64,000 nucleotides of DNA from Macrostomum lignano (Eukaryota), in NCBI GenBank assembly GCA_002269645.1, contig NIVC01001000.1:62001-126000 (forward strand), in the 5' to 3' direction. A program made the translations under genes and the position numbers. Below the pieces are notes generated by a model. The model was given only the letters and a program-made list of their open reading frames with translations, searched no databases and had not been told where the DNA came from. Below are positions 46,065-59,988 of the stretch, piece after piece (the stretch's first letter is position 1; every line of letters starts with the position of its first letter).

Positions 46065-47026
46065 CCTTCTTGATTTTGCGGGCGGGCCGAGAAACGACAT
46101 TCTTCGGCCCGCAAGTCAAGTCAAACTGCATTCGCTTCAGTCTAAGTTCAGTGCAAGTCCTGATTCTCGGCCCGCAAGAAAATGGAATTTGTCTATGGTA
46201 CAAAATGCAAACTGTATTTCATTTTAGCTTGTAGTTCCGAGCCTAAAAGAGCGACTGACAAAGTATTAATTGGTCTAACTTTTTATTAAAATTTATTCAA
46301 TTGACTCCTGACCCGAACGTTCTGAGAAAATGATAGACTACTCCTGTATAGAAGGACGAGAGATTTCTGGGTTGCAGCGCGAAGAAATCGACTTTGTATG
46401 CCAACTCCGTGGCCGTGGGCGAATGTTCAATCGGTACACTTGCCTGTGCCTGGAATTGGATTCAGCAAGGCGCTCGAAAACGGCCTGTTGGATGCTCTAG
46501 TAAACGATCTTCTGCTGAAGTGAGCAGCGACAATCAACCCCGGAAGCTAACAAGTGATGAAGTGAGCGCCATTTTGGATGTGGAGAATGCCTCACGCGTC
46601 ATCTCTACCGAAGCAAAAAGCCTAATCCAATCGTTAAACCAGTCACGATCGAGCGATGTCCCACTTCAATCGCCTAGTTTTAGCGTTGAGCGTGGCAACC
46701 TAAAAGTATCTGCTGTTGACTGCGAACAAAGGGACTTTAATGGAGTTCTGCCGACTGCAGTGCTAGAGAAAAATAGATCCCGTGTTCTATTTTTCCTATA
46801 AGTGAGTACCTCTGAAAGCCACTTGGGCATTGAACTACCCTATGTACTGTAAAGTCGGAGTGGGTTGCACCACAAGACTATATTAAATCGTTACTGTTGT
46901 CCTCTGTGTAATGTTGCGATTTTAACGTTTTAAATACAATCGTTTCGGCTTCGTCTATGGCCCAGCCCGATATCGGGCAGAGAATAGGCCGTTTCTTAAG
47001 CAGTCTTGCCCGCAAAATCAAGCAGG
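46065..47026. mobile_element. Unclassified TIR element inserted in ZNF copy Z2
   Basis: CCTTCTTGATTTTGCGGGC at 46065 is inverted to GCCCGCAAAATCAAGCAGG ending at 47026. It interrupts the finger repeat; no direct TSD is visible. Confidence 0.6.
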
Positions 47027-48300
47027 AATGGCTTTTCTCCTGTATGCAGCATCGAGTGTGTTGCGAGGTTGCTGCTGTCACTGAATCTCTTGCTGCACAC
47101 TTTGCACTCAAATGGCTTTTCTCCTGTGTGCAGCATTAAGTGCCTAGTAAGATGGCTGCTGACACTGAATCTCTTGCCGCACACTTTGCACTCAAATGGC
47201 TTTTCTCCTGTGTGGAGCCTTGAGTGCCTAGTGAGATGGCTGCTGACACTGAATCTCTTGCCGCACACTTTGCACTCAAATGGCTTTTCTCCTGTGTGCT
47301 GCCTGGAGTGTGTAGTAAGGCTGCTGCTGTCACTGAATCTCTTGCTGCACACTTTGCACTCAAATGGCTTTTCTCCTGTGTGCAGCCTTAAGTGCCTAGT
47401 AAAATGGCTGCTGACACTGAATCTCTTGCCGCGCACTTTGCACTCAAATGGCTTTTCTCCTGTGTGCAGCCTTGAGTGCCTAGTGAGATGGCTGCTGACA
47501 CTAAATCTCTTGCCGCACACTTTGCACTCAAATGGCTTTTCTCCTGTATGCAGCCTGGAGTGTGTAGTAAGGCTGCTGCTGACACTGAATCTCTTGCCGC
47601 ACACCTTGCACCCAAATGGCTTTTCTCCTGTATGCAGCCTGGAGTGTGTAGTAAGGCTGCTGCTGTCACTGAATCTCTTGCCGCACACTTTGCACCCAAA
47701 TGGCTTTTCTCCTGTATGCAGCCTGGAGTGTGTAGTAAGATGGCTGCTGACACTGAATCTCTTGCCGCACACTTTGCTCTCAAATGGCTTTTCTCCTGTA
47801 TGCAGCCTGGAGTGTGTAGTAAGGCTGCTGCTGACACTGAATCTCTTGCCGCACACCTTGCACTCAAATGGTCTCTCACCAGTGTGAGACCGGCTGTGCA
47901 CGTGCAGATCGCGTTTTGCTGAGAAGGACTTTTCACACCGCTTGCATTTGTGCGGTGTTGCCTTCCTGTGCACCACACTAATGTGAGCATTGAGATAGCT
48001 TCTCCTGGAGAACTTCTTTTGACAAGTGTCGCACTGGAACGGCTTCTGGAGACCCTGAGCACGATTTGTCACTGCACGACTGCCATCTGTACACGGCTTC
48101 ATCGCTGACTCATTGCGAGACGCGACCTGCTCGACCGCCGCCGCTCTGCCAGCTTCTGAGTTGGTCGCAGCCGCCTCCTCAGGCTCCGAGTCGTAGCCAA
48201 TTCCGTGTGACCGCACATGACGCAAGTACTGCGCCGCTGCCGGTCGGGTGCGGCAGAACCGCCTGGGACAAAACGGGCAGGCGACAGAGCCCCGGCGCAT
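46996..48300 (-). CDS. C2H2 zinc-finger protein copy Z2 (434 aa; 10 repeat fingers, two with a lost Cys; C-terminus read into the insertion)
   Basis: The ORF has broken fingers ESKVC and CKVRG and ends HTGEKPFLLDFAGKTA* inside the inserted element. Confidence 0.75.
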   Translation of the reverse strand: MRRGSVACPFCPRRFCRTRPAAAQYLRHVRSHGIGYDSEPEEAAATNSEAGRAAAVEQVASRNESAMKPCTDGSRAVTNRAQGLQKPFQCDTCQKKFSRRSYLNAHISVVHRKATPHKCKRCEKSFSAKRDLHVHSRSHTGERPFECKVCGKRFSVSSSLTTHSRLHTGEKPFESKVCGKRFSVSSHLTTHSRLHTGEKPFGCKVCGKRFSDSSSLTTHSRLHTGEKPFGCKVCGKRFSVSSSLTTHSRLHTGEKPFECKVCGKRFSVSSHLTRHSRLHTGEKPFECKVRGKRFSVSSHFTRHLRLHTGEKPFECKVCSKRFSDSSSLTTHSRQHTGEKPFECKVCGKRFSVSSHLTRHSRLHTGEKPFECKVCGKRFSVSSHLTRHLMLHTGEKPFECKVCSKRFSDSSNLATHSMLHTGEKPFLLDFAGKTA

Positions 48301-49145
48301 CTCTGAGAAACTGTGGGGCTACAATCCGTGCTGAGATGCCGATGCTCGAAGCCCGTCTCTGCCTTGAGCTGCAATGCGGAGCGATAGAGACTTCGTCACT
48401 TTGTCATCCAAGTTTGAATGACGTTCAAAGATTTTTAATCACGTATTGTCAGAAGATTCAGTTTAATGATTAAAAAAATTTAGTATGGAGACAAAATATT
48501 TAAGCATTCGATTTGCATCTGAATGCATTGAGGTTCATATAGAAAGAATAAGGGCAAAATATTTTTTTAACTTGTTTTTTGTAGCTACCCGTGCACCGAA
48601 TTTCACCAATGTACTTTTCTTGCATTAGCATGTGAGATTTCTTTTACAATAGGTATAAATATATTATCGTTTGCTGCAAAATTAACAAGACGAAATTGCT
48701 GTCCCACGAGTATACTGTAGTCAGCATAGCAGCAGCAACTAAGCAATTATTTGTCAGAAATGAAAACACACGGGGCGATTAAAGGATTTGCTGTTATATG
48801 CACAAATAAATAACACACATGGATGAGTTTACGTTGCCTATTAAGTCATTAAAAAGCAATTAAAATATCCTGGCAAACATTTAAACAAACCAATTAGTAA
48901 AGAAAACAAGTAAAATTTGAATGCCACCGGTGTAATTTATAAATACAGGGGAGAAAAGGTTCGATAACAACGCTTGATTGCACAAAATTGAAACGCAAGT
49001 TAGGGAGTCAAAGAAAAAGTTTAAGTGCTAAGTACTTCTACAGTAAGTAATGAAATGATTGGGAAACAATTGGATACCTTTGGCAGGAAAACAAAGTAAA
49101 AAGCTGGTCTAGCAGTACAGTGCAGTATAGTATATGCAGTGCCTA

Positions 49146-49995
49146 CTGGTCATTGATTGCTGTCAGTGTCACTAACTGGTCATTGAGTGCTGTCACTAAC
49201 TGGTCATTGAGTGCTGTCACTAACTGGTCATTGAGTGCTGTCACTAACTGGTCATTGAGTGCTGTCACTAACTGGTCTTTGAGTCATGTCACTAACTGGT
49301 CATTGAGTGCTGTCACTAACTGGTCATTGAGTGCTGTCACTAACTGGTCATTGAGTGCTGTCACTAACTGGTCTTTGAGTGCTGTCACTAACTGGTCATT
49401 GAGTGCTGTCACTAACTGGTCATTGAGTGCTGTCACTAACTGGTCATTGAGTGCTGTCACTAACTGGTCTTTGAGTGCTGTCACTAACTGGTCTTTGAGT
49501 CCTGTCACTAACTGGTCATTGTGTGCTGTCACTAACTGGTCATTGAGTGCTGTCACTACCTGGTCTTCGAGTGCTGTCACTAACTGGTCATTGAGTGCTG
49601 TCACTACCTGGTCTTTGAGTGCTGTCACTAACTGCTCATTGAGTGCTGTCACTAACTGGTCATTGAGTGCTGTCACTAACTGGTCATTGAGTGCTGTCAC
49701 TAACTGGTCATTGAGTGCTGTCACTACCTGGTCTTTGAGTGCTGTCACTAACTGGTCATTAAGTGCTGTCACTAACTAGTCATTGAGTGCTGTCAATAAC
49801 TGGTCATTGAGTGCTGCCACTAACTAGTCATTGAGTGCTGTCTATAACTGGTCATTAAGTGCTGTCACAAACTAGTCATTGAGTGCTGTAACTAACTGGT
49901 CATTAAGTGCTGTCACAAACTAGTCATTGAGTGCTGTAACTAACTGGTCATTAAGTGCTGTCACTAACTGGCCATTAAGTTCTGTCACTAATTGG
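49146..49995. repeat. 24-bp satellite array 3, about 35 units
   Basis: Read directly. Confidence 0.96.
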
Positions 49996-50230
49996 ATATT
50001 GGATTAGCTTCCGAATGCATCACTTTAAGAGAATTCAATAAAGTTCAAAGATCATGAATAAAACAACAAAAAAGCTGCTAAAGGATTCCGAGCACACTAA
50101 CGACCAAGACCGATTGTGCACGTCAGCAATGACGGAGCGCCGCAAGGGTGAATATTCGCTACAGAAAGTGCAGTCGGAGTGCCACTTAAGATTGTTGACT
50201 TGATTGAATTTCTTGCCGCACACTTTGCAC

Positions 50231-51502
50231 TCAAATGGCTTTTCTTGTGTGGAGCCTTGAGTGCCTGGTAAGATGGCTGCTGTCACTGAATCTCTTGCCG
50301 CACACTTTGCACTCAAATGGCTTTTCTCCTGTGTGCAGCCTTGAGTGCCTAGTGAGATGGCTGCTGACACTGAATCTCTTGCTGCACACTTTGCACTCAA
50401 ATGGCTTTTCTCCTGTGTGCTGCCTTAAGTGCCCAGTAAGATGGCTGCTGTCACTGAATCTCTTGCCGCACACTTTGCACTCAAATGGCTTTTCTCCTGT
50501 GTGCAGCCTTGAGTGCGTTGTGAGATTGCTGCTGTCACTGAATCTCTTGCCGCATACTTTGCACTCAAACGGCTTTTCTCCTGTGTGCTGCCTGGAGTGT
50601 GTAGTAAGGCTGCTGCTGACACTGAATCTCTTGCCGCACACTTTGCACTCAAATGGCTTTTCTCCTGTGTGCAGCCTTGAGTGCCTAGTGAGATGGCTGC
50701 TGACACTGAATCTCTTGCCGCACACTTTGCACTCAAACGGCTTTTCTCCTGTGTGCTGCCTGGAGTGTGTAGTAAGGCTGCTGCTGACACTGAATCTCTT
50801 GCCGCACACTTTGCACTCAAATGGCTTTTCTCCTGTATGCAGCCTGGAGTGTGTAGTAAGGCTGCTGCTGACACTGAATCTCTTGCCGCACACTTTGCAC
50901 TCAAATGACTTTTCTCCCGTGTGCAGCCTGGAGTGTGTAGTAAGGCTGCTGCTGTCACTGAATCTCTTGCCACACACTTTGCACTCAAATGGCTTTTCTC
51001 CTGTGTGCTGCCTGGAGTGTGTAGTAAGGCTGCTGCTGTCACTGAATCTCTTGCCGCACACCTTGCACTCAAACGGTCTCTCACCAGTGTGAGACCGGCT
51101 GTGCAAGTGCAGATCGGGTTTCGCTGAGGACTTCCCACACCGCTTGCATTTGTGCGGTGTTGCCTTCCTGTGCACCACACTAATGTGAGCATTGAGATAG
51201 CTTCTCCTGGAGAACTTCTTTTGACAAGTGTCGCACTGGAACGGCTTCTGGAGACCCTGAGCACGATTTGTCACTGCACGACTGCCATCTGTACACGGCT
51301 TCATCGCTGACTCATTGCGAGACGCGACCTGCTCGACCGCCGCCGCTCTGCCAGCTTCTGAGTTGGTCGCAGCCGTCTCCTCAGGCTCCGAGTCGTAGCC
51401 AATTCCGTGTGACCGCACATGACGCAAGTATTGCGCCGCTGCCGGTCGGGTGCGGCAGAACCGCCTGGGACAAAACGGGCAGGCGACAGAGCCCCGGCGC
51501 AT
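50231..51502 (-). CDS. C2H2 zinc-finger protein copy Z3 (423 aa; 10 repeat fingers)
   Basis: ORF with repeated C2H2 fingers; the second unique finger lacks its Phe (GKSSAKPDL). Confidence 0.88.
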   Translation of the reverse strand: MRRGSVACPFCPRRFCRTRPAAAQYLRHVRSHGIGYDSEPEETAATNSEAGRAAAVEQVASRNESAMKPCTDGSRAVTNRAQGLQKPFQCDTCQKKFSRRSYLNAHISVVHRKATPHKCKRCGKSSAKPDLHLHSRSHTGERPFECKVCGKRFSDSSSLTTHSRQHTGEKPFECKVCGKRFSDSSSLTTHSRLHTGEKSFECKVCGKRFSVSSSLTTHSRLHTGEKPFECKVCGKRFSVSSSLTTHSRQHTGEKPFECKVCGKRFSVSSHLTRHSRLHTGEKPFECKVCGKRFSVSSSLTTHSRQHTGEKPFECKVCGKRFSDSSNLTTHSRLHTGEKPFECKVCGKRFSDSSHLTGHLRQHTGEKPFECKVCSKRFSVSSHLTRHSRLHTGEKPFECKVCGKRFSDSSHLTRHSRLHTRKAI

Positions 51503-52473
51503 CTCTGAGAAACTGTGGGGCTACAATCCGTGCTGAGATGCCGATGCTCGAAGCCCGTCTCTGCCTTGAGCTGCAATGCGGAGCGATAGAGACTTCGTCA
51601 CTTTGTCATCCAAGTTTGAATGACGTTCAAAGATTTTTAATCACGTATTGTCAGAAGATTCCGTTTAATTATAAAGATAGTTGGGTATTTTAGTATGGAG
51701 ACAAAATATTTAAGCATTCGATTTGCATCTGAATGCATTGAGGTTCATATAGAAATAATAAAGGCAAAACTATTTTTTAAATTTTTTTTCTTGTTGCTAC
51801 CCGTGCACCGAATTTCACCAATGTACTTTTCTTGCATTAGCATGTGAGTGAAATTTCTTTTACAATACGTATAAATATATTATCGTTTGCTGCAAAATAA
51901 ACAAGACGAAATTGCTGACCCAACGAGTATACTGTAGTCAGCATAGCAGCAGCAATTAAGCAATTATTTGTCAGAAATGAAAACACCCGGGACGAATAAA
52001 GGATTTGCTGTTATATGCACAAAAAAATAACACACATGGATATGAGCGACAGACACAGGCATAAAGTACTACAAACGAAATGAGTCACAAAATTGAAAGC
52101 AATTACAAATAAACGTAATATTTCACCACCTAGTCCGAATGCGGAAAAGCATCACTTACTACTATCTCTCCGAACTAAGACATAAGTAGCATAGTTGGAG
52201 CATGCAATAATATGAAAAAAAACGAGAAAAAACAACGAGACAGATGACACAATCCACCCTATTAATCAGACAAAGAAGTGAAATAAAACTTTGTAATAAA
52301 CTGTATTATCATTTCGTTTTAATATAATTTTTACATAGAACTTTTAATTGCATCAAATAGAAATCTGCTAGCAAATCAGGAGCTTGTGAATTATATTCAG
52401 ATCCAACAGTTGATTTTATTATTGTCATTGACTTGTCAGAAACTATAAGAACAATAATTAGCCAATAATAAGC

Positions 52474-53114
52474 TCAGGTGAGCTGACCCAATTCAGCCAG
52501 CTGTAGCAGGAACTGACACCCGGTCACCAGCTGGGTGCTGCCGTAGGTGATCCGCCTGCCACTGCCGCCGCTGCCGCCGCCGCCTCCGCCGGCGCCCGTA
52601 ACGCCGGAAGATTTTGAAGTTCGACGCAAATCAACCAGATTCTGATATTCAATATAGTTGCCGCCGCCAACTACGAATACGATGGCCTCCTGTTTGGTTT
52701 TGTTTCGTGGGTGACGGGAAATGATATCAATGATATTGGAACAGCGGCGGTGTTGAAGAGAGAGGGAGATGGAGAGATGGATATGAAGAGACGGAGATGA
52801 GGGAGATGGAGAGGGAGAGAGTTGGAGAGAGGGAGTTGGAGAGAGGGAGATGGAGAGAGAGAGAGTTGGAGAGAGAGAGTTGGAGAGAGGGAGATGGAGA
52901 GAGGGAGATGGAGAGAGGGAGATGGAGAGGGAGAGAGTTGGAGAGAGGGAGTTGGAGAGAGGGAGATGGAGAGAGAGAGAGTTGGAGAGAGGGAGTTGGA
53001 GAGAGGGAGATGGAGAGAGGGAGATGGAGAGAGGGAGATGGAGAGAGAGAGAGTTGGAGAGAGTGAGATGGAGAGAGGGACATGGAGGAGAGAGGTAGAT
53101 GGAGAGAGAGAGAG

Positions 53115-53167
<53 letters not shown>

Positions 53168-53330
53168 TTGGAGGGAGGGAGATGGAGAGAGAGAGAGTTG
53201 GAGAGAGGGAGTTGGAGAGAGGGAGATGGAGAGAGGGAGATGGAGAGAGGGAGATGGAGAGAGAGAGAGTTGGAGAGAGTGAGATGGAGAGAGGGACATG
53301 GAGGAGAGAGGTAGATGGAGAGAGAGAGAG

Positions 53331-53391
<61 letters not shown>

Positions 53392-53910
53392 TTGGAGGGA
53401 GGGAGATGGAGAGAGAGGTAGATGCAGATAGGGAGTTGGAGAGAGAGGGAGATGGAGAGAGGGAGATGGGAGGGAGGGAGGGGGAGAGAGGGAACCAAGC
53501 AGAATATTGGGAGGGAGTTGGGAGACAGGAAGCAAAGAGACAAGGAGAGAGAGTTGAAGAGAGATGAGATGAAGAGTGAAAGAACTAGGAGGAAGAGAGA
53601 TGCAGACAAAAATTAGCCAGAAAGAAGGGAGCGGGAAGTGAAGAGGGGGGGGGCTAAATTTCTTGCAAAGCAGACACCCGAGCACGACAAACCTGAAACG
53701 GCTGCTTCTGCCTAGGAATCTGAGACGGATCGGTCACCCGGTGCAGTTTCGGGTCGAAGTAGCGATACTCTTCAACTTCGGCCTGGCCGGCCCGGTTGTC
53801 CATCAAACAGTCGGCAATGCGAGCTGCTGGCAGGTTGTGCTTCCTCAGCACCAGATTCCTTACGCCCTCCATCAGGAATGAGCCGCCCTTTGATAGACCG
53901 CCTAGCCAGC
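52474..53910 (-). CDS. SCFD1: Last two exons of SCFD1/Sly1 (Sec1/Munc18 family): 53910-53693 and 52689-52474; no upstream exons within the window
   Basis: FLMEGVRNLVLRKHNLPAARIADCLMD..EEYRYFDPKL..KQPFQ|EAIVFVVGGGNYIEYQNLVD..RRITYGSTQLVTGCQFLLQLAELGQ* matches the Sly1 C-terminus. Phase-0 GT-AG intron at 53692-52690. Confidence 0.85.
52755..53500. repeat. GA-rich compound repeat (GGAGAGAGGGAGAT / (GA)n) in the SCFD1 intron
   Basis: Read directly. Confidence 0.92.
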
Positions 53911-53941
53911 CTAATTTTGACGATGAGACGCTCTTGAACTA

Positions 53942-54644
53942 CGTGGGGTGTCCGGGAAGTTCTGGACACTTTTAATCCCAGAGCAAAAACAGTAGCAGCT
54001 GCAAGCACAACTTTGGTGTCATTTTAAGGCGGTACATCTCTTCTTTCCAATGAATTTAGTTGCTTTTATTTTATTCATTTCATTAAAAAGTCATGCGTGA
54101 AAAAGTCCTCAAAGAAATGAATTGTAGTCATTCATCATGATCACCAACCTTCAAGTCAGCCTTCTCAACATAGTCTCTACCTGTAGCAACACACTTTCCC
54201 CATCGCTTGAGCATTCCGTCAATCGCATCAGGATACGCTCGTAGCATTGTCCTGAAACATCATGGGAGAGAATGCGCCGAACAATTGTCTTCCAAATGAT
54301 CCCATCGGTCGACGGTACACCGGCTCACTACATCTGACCCATGAATCGATGTCAAATGAGAATTTTGCTCTGCTCTGCCTCGTCTTTCTGATTCTCCAAA
54401 GCGTAAAATTCCGTCCCTTTTGGCCACTCGTACTTCACCTTTTACTTAAGACTCAGTGGCATTGTGATGGTTTTTCACGCATAACTTTTGAATGAAATGA
54501 ATAAAATACACGCGACTGAATTCATTGAAACAAAAGATGTACGTGCCGCTTTAAAATGACACCAAAGTTGTGCCTGCAGCTGCCACTGTTTTTTGATTTG
54601 GGATTATGAGCGTAAAAGCGTCAGAACTTTCCATACACCCCTCG
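53942..54644 (-). mobile_element. Internally deleted mariner element (copy 2), near-identical to 37615-38317 including its flanks
   Basis: Same TIRs and same flanking sequence, so it was duplicated with the segment rather than inserted independently. Confidence 0.85.
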
Positions 54645-55117
54645 TACCTAGTGGTTTTTCGAATTTCTCACGCTTTCGAATTTTTCGAAAACTGCTGCAG
54701 CTGAAAAAAACTCGACCAACTTGCTGAACTTACTGAATATTTAATGACAGAGGCCCATGTCCTGAGCAAATGCCTTACGACAACAGAGCTCTGCATTCAA
54801 CAGTTTACGTGGCCTATTAAGCCAATAAAAAAGCAGTGTCAAAACAAGACAAAAAACATTTAAACAAACCAATTAGTAAAGAAAACAACTAAAGTTCGCA
54901 ATGTCACCAGTGTAATTTATAAATACAGGGGAGTAAAGTTTCGAGAGAACGCTTGATTGCAAAAAATTACAACGCAAGTTAAGGAGTCAAAGAAAAAGTT
55001 TAACTGCTGAGTACTTTTACAGTAAGCAATAAAATGATTTGGGAAACAATTGGAAACCTTAGGCAGGAACACAAAGTAAAAAGCTGGTCTAGCAGTACAG
55101 TGCAGTATAGTGTAGCT

Positions 55118-56762
55118 AGTGTCACTAGCTGGTCGTTGAGTGCTGTCACTAACTGGTCGTTGAGTGCTGTCACTAACTGGTCATTAAGTGCTGTCATTAA
55201 CTAGTCATTAAGTGCTGTCATTAACTAGTCATTGAGTGCTGTCACTAACTAGTCTTTGAGTGCTGTCACTAACTGGTCATTGATTGCTCTCAATAACTGT
55301 CATTAAATACTGTCACTAACTGGTCATTGAGTGCTGTCACTAACTGGTCATTGAGTGCTCTCAATAACTGGTCATTGATTGCTGTCACAAACTGGTCATT
55401 GAGTGCTGTCACTAACTAATCATTGAGTGCTGTCACTAACTGGTCATTGAGTGCTCTCAATAACTGGTCATTGATTGCTGTCACAAACTGGTCATTGAGT
55501 GCTGTCACTAAGTAATCATTGAGTGCTGTTACTAACTGGTCATTGATTGCTGTCCTAACGGGCCATTGAGGGCTGTCACTAAATGGTCATTGAGTGCTGT
55601 CACTAACTGGTCATTGAGTGCTGTCACTAACTGGTCATTGAGTGCTGTCACTAACTAGTCATTGAGTGCTGTCACTAACTGGTCATTGAGTGATGTCACT
55701 AACTGGTCGTTGAGTGCTGTCACTAACTGGTCATTGAGTGATGTCACTAACTGGTCATTGAGTGCTGTCACTAACTAGTCATTAAGTGCTCTCACTAACT
55801 AGTAATTGAGTGCTGTCACTAACTAGTCATTAGGTGCTCTCACTAACTAGTCATTTAGTGCTGTCACTAACTGGTCATTAAGTGCTGTCACTAACTGGTC
55901 ATTAAGTGCTGTCACTAACTGGTAATTGATTGCTGTCCTAACTGGTCATTGAGTGCTGTCACTAACTAGTCATTAGGTGCTCTCACTAACTATTCATTTA
56001 GTGCTGTCACTAACTGGTCATTGAGTGATGTCACTAACTGGTCATTGATTGCTGTCCTAACTGGTCATTAAGTGCTGTCACTAAGTGGTCATTAAGTGCT
56101 GTCACTAAGTGGTCATTAAGTGCTGTCACTAAGTGGTCATTAAGTGCTGTCACCAACTAGTCATTGAGTGCTGTCACTAACTAATCATTGAGTGCTGTCA
56201 ATAACTGGTCATTGAGTGCTGTCACTAACTGGTCAGTGAGTGCTGTCACTAACTGTTCATTGAGTGCTGTCACTAACTGGTCATTGATTGCTGTCCTAAC
56301 TCCTAACTGGTCATTGAGTGCTGTCACTAACTGGTCGTTGAGTGCTGTAACTAACTGGTCATTGAGTGCTCTCACTGACTGGTCATTAAGTGCTCTCACT
56401 GGCTGCTTATTGAGTGCTGTCACTAACTGGTCATTGAGTGCTGTCACTAACTGGTCATTGAGTGCTGTCACTAACTGGTCGTTGAGTGCTGTCACTAACT
56501 AGTCATTGAGTGCTGTCTCTAACTGGTCATTGAGTGCTGTCACTAACTGGTCGTTGAGTGCTGTCACTAACTGGTCATTGAGTGCTCTCACTGGCTGCTC
56601 ATTGAGTGCTGTCACTAACTGGTCATTGAGTGCTCTCACTGACTGGTCATTAAGTGCTCTCACTGGCTGCTTATTGAGTGCTGTCACTAACTGGTCATTG
56701 AGTGCTCTCACTGACTGGTCATTAAGTGCTGTCACTAACTGGCCATTAGGTGCTGTCTTTAA
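55118..56762. repeat. 24-bp satellite array 4, about 68 units
   Basis: Read directly. Confidence 0.96.
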
Positions 56763-56996
56763 TTGGATATTGGATTAGCTTCCGAATGCTTTAAGAGAAT
56801 TCAACAAAGTCCGAAGATCATGAATAAAACGACAAAACAGCTGCTAAAGGATTGCGAGCACACTAAAGACCAAGACCGATTGTGCACGTCGGCAATGACG
56901 GAGCGCCGCAAGGGTGAATATTCGCTACAGAAAGTGCAGTCGGAGTGCTACTTAAGATTCTTGACTTGATTGAATTTCTTGCCGCACACTTTGCAC

Positions 56997-58103
56997 TCAA
57001 ATGGCTTTTCTTGTGTGGAGCCTTGAGTGCCTAGTAAGATGGCTGCTGTCACTGAATCTCTTGCCGCACACTTTGCACTCAAATGGCTTTTCTCCTGTGT
57101 GCAGCCTTGAGTGCCTAGTGAGATGGCTGCTGACACTGAATCTCTTGCCGCACACTTTGCACTCAAATAGCTTTTCTCCTGTGTGCTGCCTGGAGTGTCT
57201 AGTAAGGCTGCTGCTGACACTGAATCTCTTGCCGCATACTTTGCACTCAAATGGCTTTTCTCCTGTGTGCAGCCTTGAGTGCCTAGTGAGATGGCTGCTG
57301 ACACTGAATCTCTTGCCGCACACTTTGCACTCATATGGCTTTTCTCCTGTGTGCTGCCTGGAGTGTGTAGTAAGGCTGCTGCTGACACTGAATCTCTTGC
57401 CGCACACTTTGCACTCAAATGGCTTTTCTCCTGTGTGCTGCCTGGAGTGTGTAGTAAGGCTGCTGCTGACACTGAATTTCTTGCCGCACACTTTGCACTC
57501 AAATGGCTTTTCTCCTGTGTGCAGCCTTGAGTGCGTTGTGAGATTGCTGCTGTCACTGAATCTCTTGCCGCACACCTTGCACTCAAATGGCTTTTCTCCT
57601 GTATGCTGCCTGGAGTGTGTAGTAAGGCTGCTGCTGATACTGAATCTCTTGCCGCACACCTTGCACTCAAACGGTCTCTCACCAGTGTGAGACCGGCTGT
57701 GCACGTGCAGATCGTGTTTTGCTGAGAAGGACTTCCCACACCGCTTGCATTTGTGCGGTTTTGCCTTCCTGTGCACCACACTAATGTGAGCATTGAGATA
57801 GCTTCTCCTGGAGAACTTCTTTTGACAAGTGTCGCACTGGAACGGCTTCTGGAGACCCTGAGCACTATTTGTCACTGCACGACCGCCATCTGCACACGGC
57901 TTCATCGCTGACTCATTGCGAGACGCGACCTGCTCGACCGCCGCCGCTCTGCCAGCTTCTGAGTTGGTCGCAGCCGCCTCCTCAGGCTCCGAGTCGCGGC
58001 CAATTCCGTGTGACCGCACATGACGCAAGTACTGCGCCGCTGCCGGTCGGGTGCGGCAGAACCGCCTGGGACAAAACGGGCAGGCGACAGAGCCCCGGCG
58101 CAT
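56997..58103 (-). CDS. C2H2 zinc-finger protein copy Z4 (368 aa, protein identical to Z1)
   Basis: The ORF translation is identical to 40311-41417. Confidence 0.88.
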   Translation of the reverse strand: MRRGSVACPFCPRRFCRTRPAAAQYLRHVRSHGIGRDSEPEEAAATNSEAGRAAAVEQVASRNESAMKPCADGGRAVTNSAQGLQKPFQCDTCQKKFSRRSYLNAHISVVHRKAKPHKCKRCGKSFSAKHDLHVHSRSHTGERPFECKVCGKRFSISSSLTTHSRQHTGEKPFECKVCGKRFSDSSNLTTHSRLHTGEKPFECKVCGKKFSVSSSLTTHSRQHTGEKPFECKVCGKRFSVSSSLTTHSRQHTGEKPYECKVCGKRFSVSSHLTRHSRLHTGEKPFECKVCGKRFSVSSSLTRHSRQHTGEKLFECKVCGKRFSVSSHLTRHSRLHTGEKPFECKVCGKRFSDSSHLTRHSRLHTRKAI

Positions 58104-58956
58104 CTCTGAGAAACTGTGGGGCTACAATCCGTGCTGAGATGCCGATGCTCGAAGCCCGTCTCTGCCTTGAGCTGCAATGCGGAGCGATAGAGACTTCGTC
58201 ACTTTGTCATCCAAGTTTGAATGACGTTCAAAGATTTTTAAACACGTATTGTCAGAAGATTCCGTTTAATGATAAAGATAGTTGGGTATTTTAGTATGGA
58301 GACAAAAGATTCAAGCATTCAATTTGCATCTGAATGCATTGAGGTTCATTTTAATGAATAAAGGCAAAAATATTTTTTAAACTTGTTTTTTGTAGCTACC
58401 CGTGCACCGAATTTCACTTATGTACTTTTTATGAAATTTCTCTTACAATACGTATGAATATACTCTTATTATCATTTGCTGCAAAATTAACAAAACGAAA
58501 TTGCTGACCCACGATTATATAACTGTAGTAGTCAGCATAGCAGCAGCAATTACGCAATTATTTGTCAGAAATGAAAACACACGGGGCGATTAAAGGATTT
58601 GCTGTTATATGCCCAAATAAAAAACACACATGGATGAGTTTACGTTGCCTATTAAGTCATTAAAAAGCAATTAAAATATCCTGGCAAACATTTAAACAAA
58701 CCAATTAGTAAAGAAAACAAGTAAAATTTGAATGCCACCGGTGTAATTTATAAATACAGGGGAGAAAAGGTTCGATAATAACGCTTTATTGAACAAAATC
58801 GAAACGCAAGTTAGGGAGTCAAAGGAAAAGTTGAAGTGCTAAGCACTTCTACAGTAAGTAATGAAATTATTGGGAAACAATTGGAAACCTTTGGCAGGAA
58901 AACAAAGTAAAAAGCTGATCTAGCAGTACAGTGCAGTATAGTATATGCAGTGCCTA

Positions 58957-59755
58957 CTGGTCATTGATTGCTGTCAGTGTCACTAACTGGTCATTGAGTG
59001 CTGTCACTAACTGGTCGTTGAGTGCTGTCAATAACTGGTCATTGAGTGCTGTCACTAACTGGTCGTTGAGTGCTGTCAATAACTGGTCATTGAGTGCTGT
59101 CACTAACTGGTCATTGAGTGCTGTCTCTAACTGGTCATTGAGTGATGTCACTAACTGGTCATTGAGTGCTGTCACTAACTGGTCATTGAGTGCTGTCTCT
59201 AACTGGTCATTGAGTGCTGTCACTAACTGGTCGTTGAGTGCTGTCACTAACTGGTCATTGAGTGATGTCACTAACTGGTCATTGAGTGCTGTCACTAACT
59301 GGTCATTGAGTGCTGTCACTAACTGGTCATTGAGTGCTGTCACTAACTGGTCATTGAGTGCTGTCACTAACTGGTCATTGAGTGCTGTCACTAACTGGTC
59401 ATTAAATGCTGTCACTAACTGGTCATTAAGTGCTGTCACTAACTGGTCGTTGAGTGCTGTCACTAACTAGTCATTGAGTGCTGTCTCTAACTGGTCATTG
59501 AGTGCTGTCACTAACTGGTCATTGAGTGCTGTCACTAACTGGTCATTGAGTGCTGTCACTAACTGGTCATTGAGTGCTCTCACTGGCTGCTCATTGAGTG
59601 CTGTCACTAACTGGTCATTGAGTGCTCTCACTGACTGGTCATTAAGTGCTCTCACTGGCTGCTTATTGAGTGCTGTCACTAACTGGTCATTGAGTGCTCT
59701 CACTGACTGGTCATTAAGTGCTGTCACTAACTGGCCATTAGGTGCTGTCTTTAAT
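58957..59755. repeat. 24-bp satellite array 5, about 33 units
   Basis: Read directly. Confidence 0.96.
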
Positions 59756-59988
59756 TGGATATTGGATTAGCTTCCGAATGCTTTAAGAGAATTCAACAAA
59801 GTCCGAAGATCATGAATAAAACGACAAAACAGCTGCTAAAGGATTGCGAGCACACTAAAGACCAAGACCGATTGTGCACGTCGGCAATGACGGAGCGCCG
59901 CAAGGGTGAATATTCGCTACAGAAAGTGCAGTCGGAGTGCTACTTAAGATTCTTGACTTGATTGAATTTCTTGCCGCACACTTTGCAC

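Noticed and set aside
45981-47026. Helitron interpretation of the Z2 insert (minus-strand end ..TTCTAG|T)
   Set aside because: No 5' TC at an A|T target and no subterminal hairpin; terminal inverted repeats explain it better.
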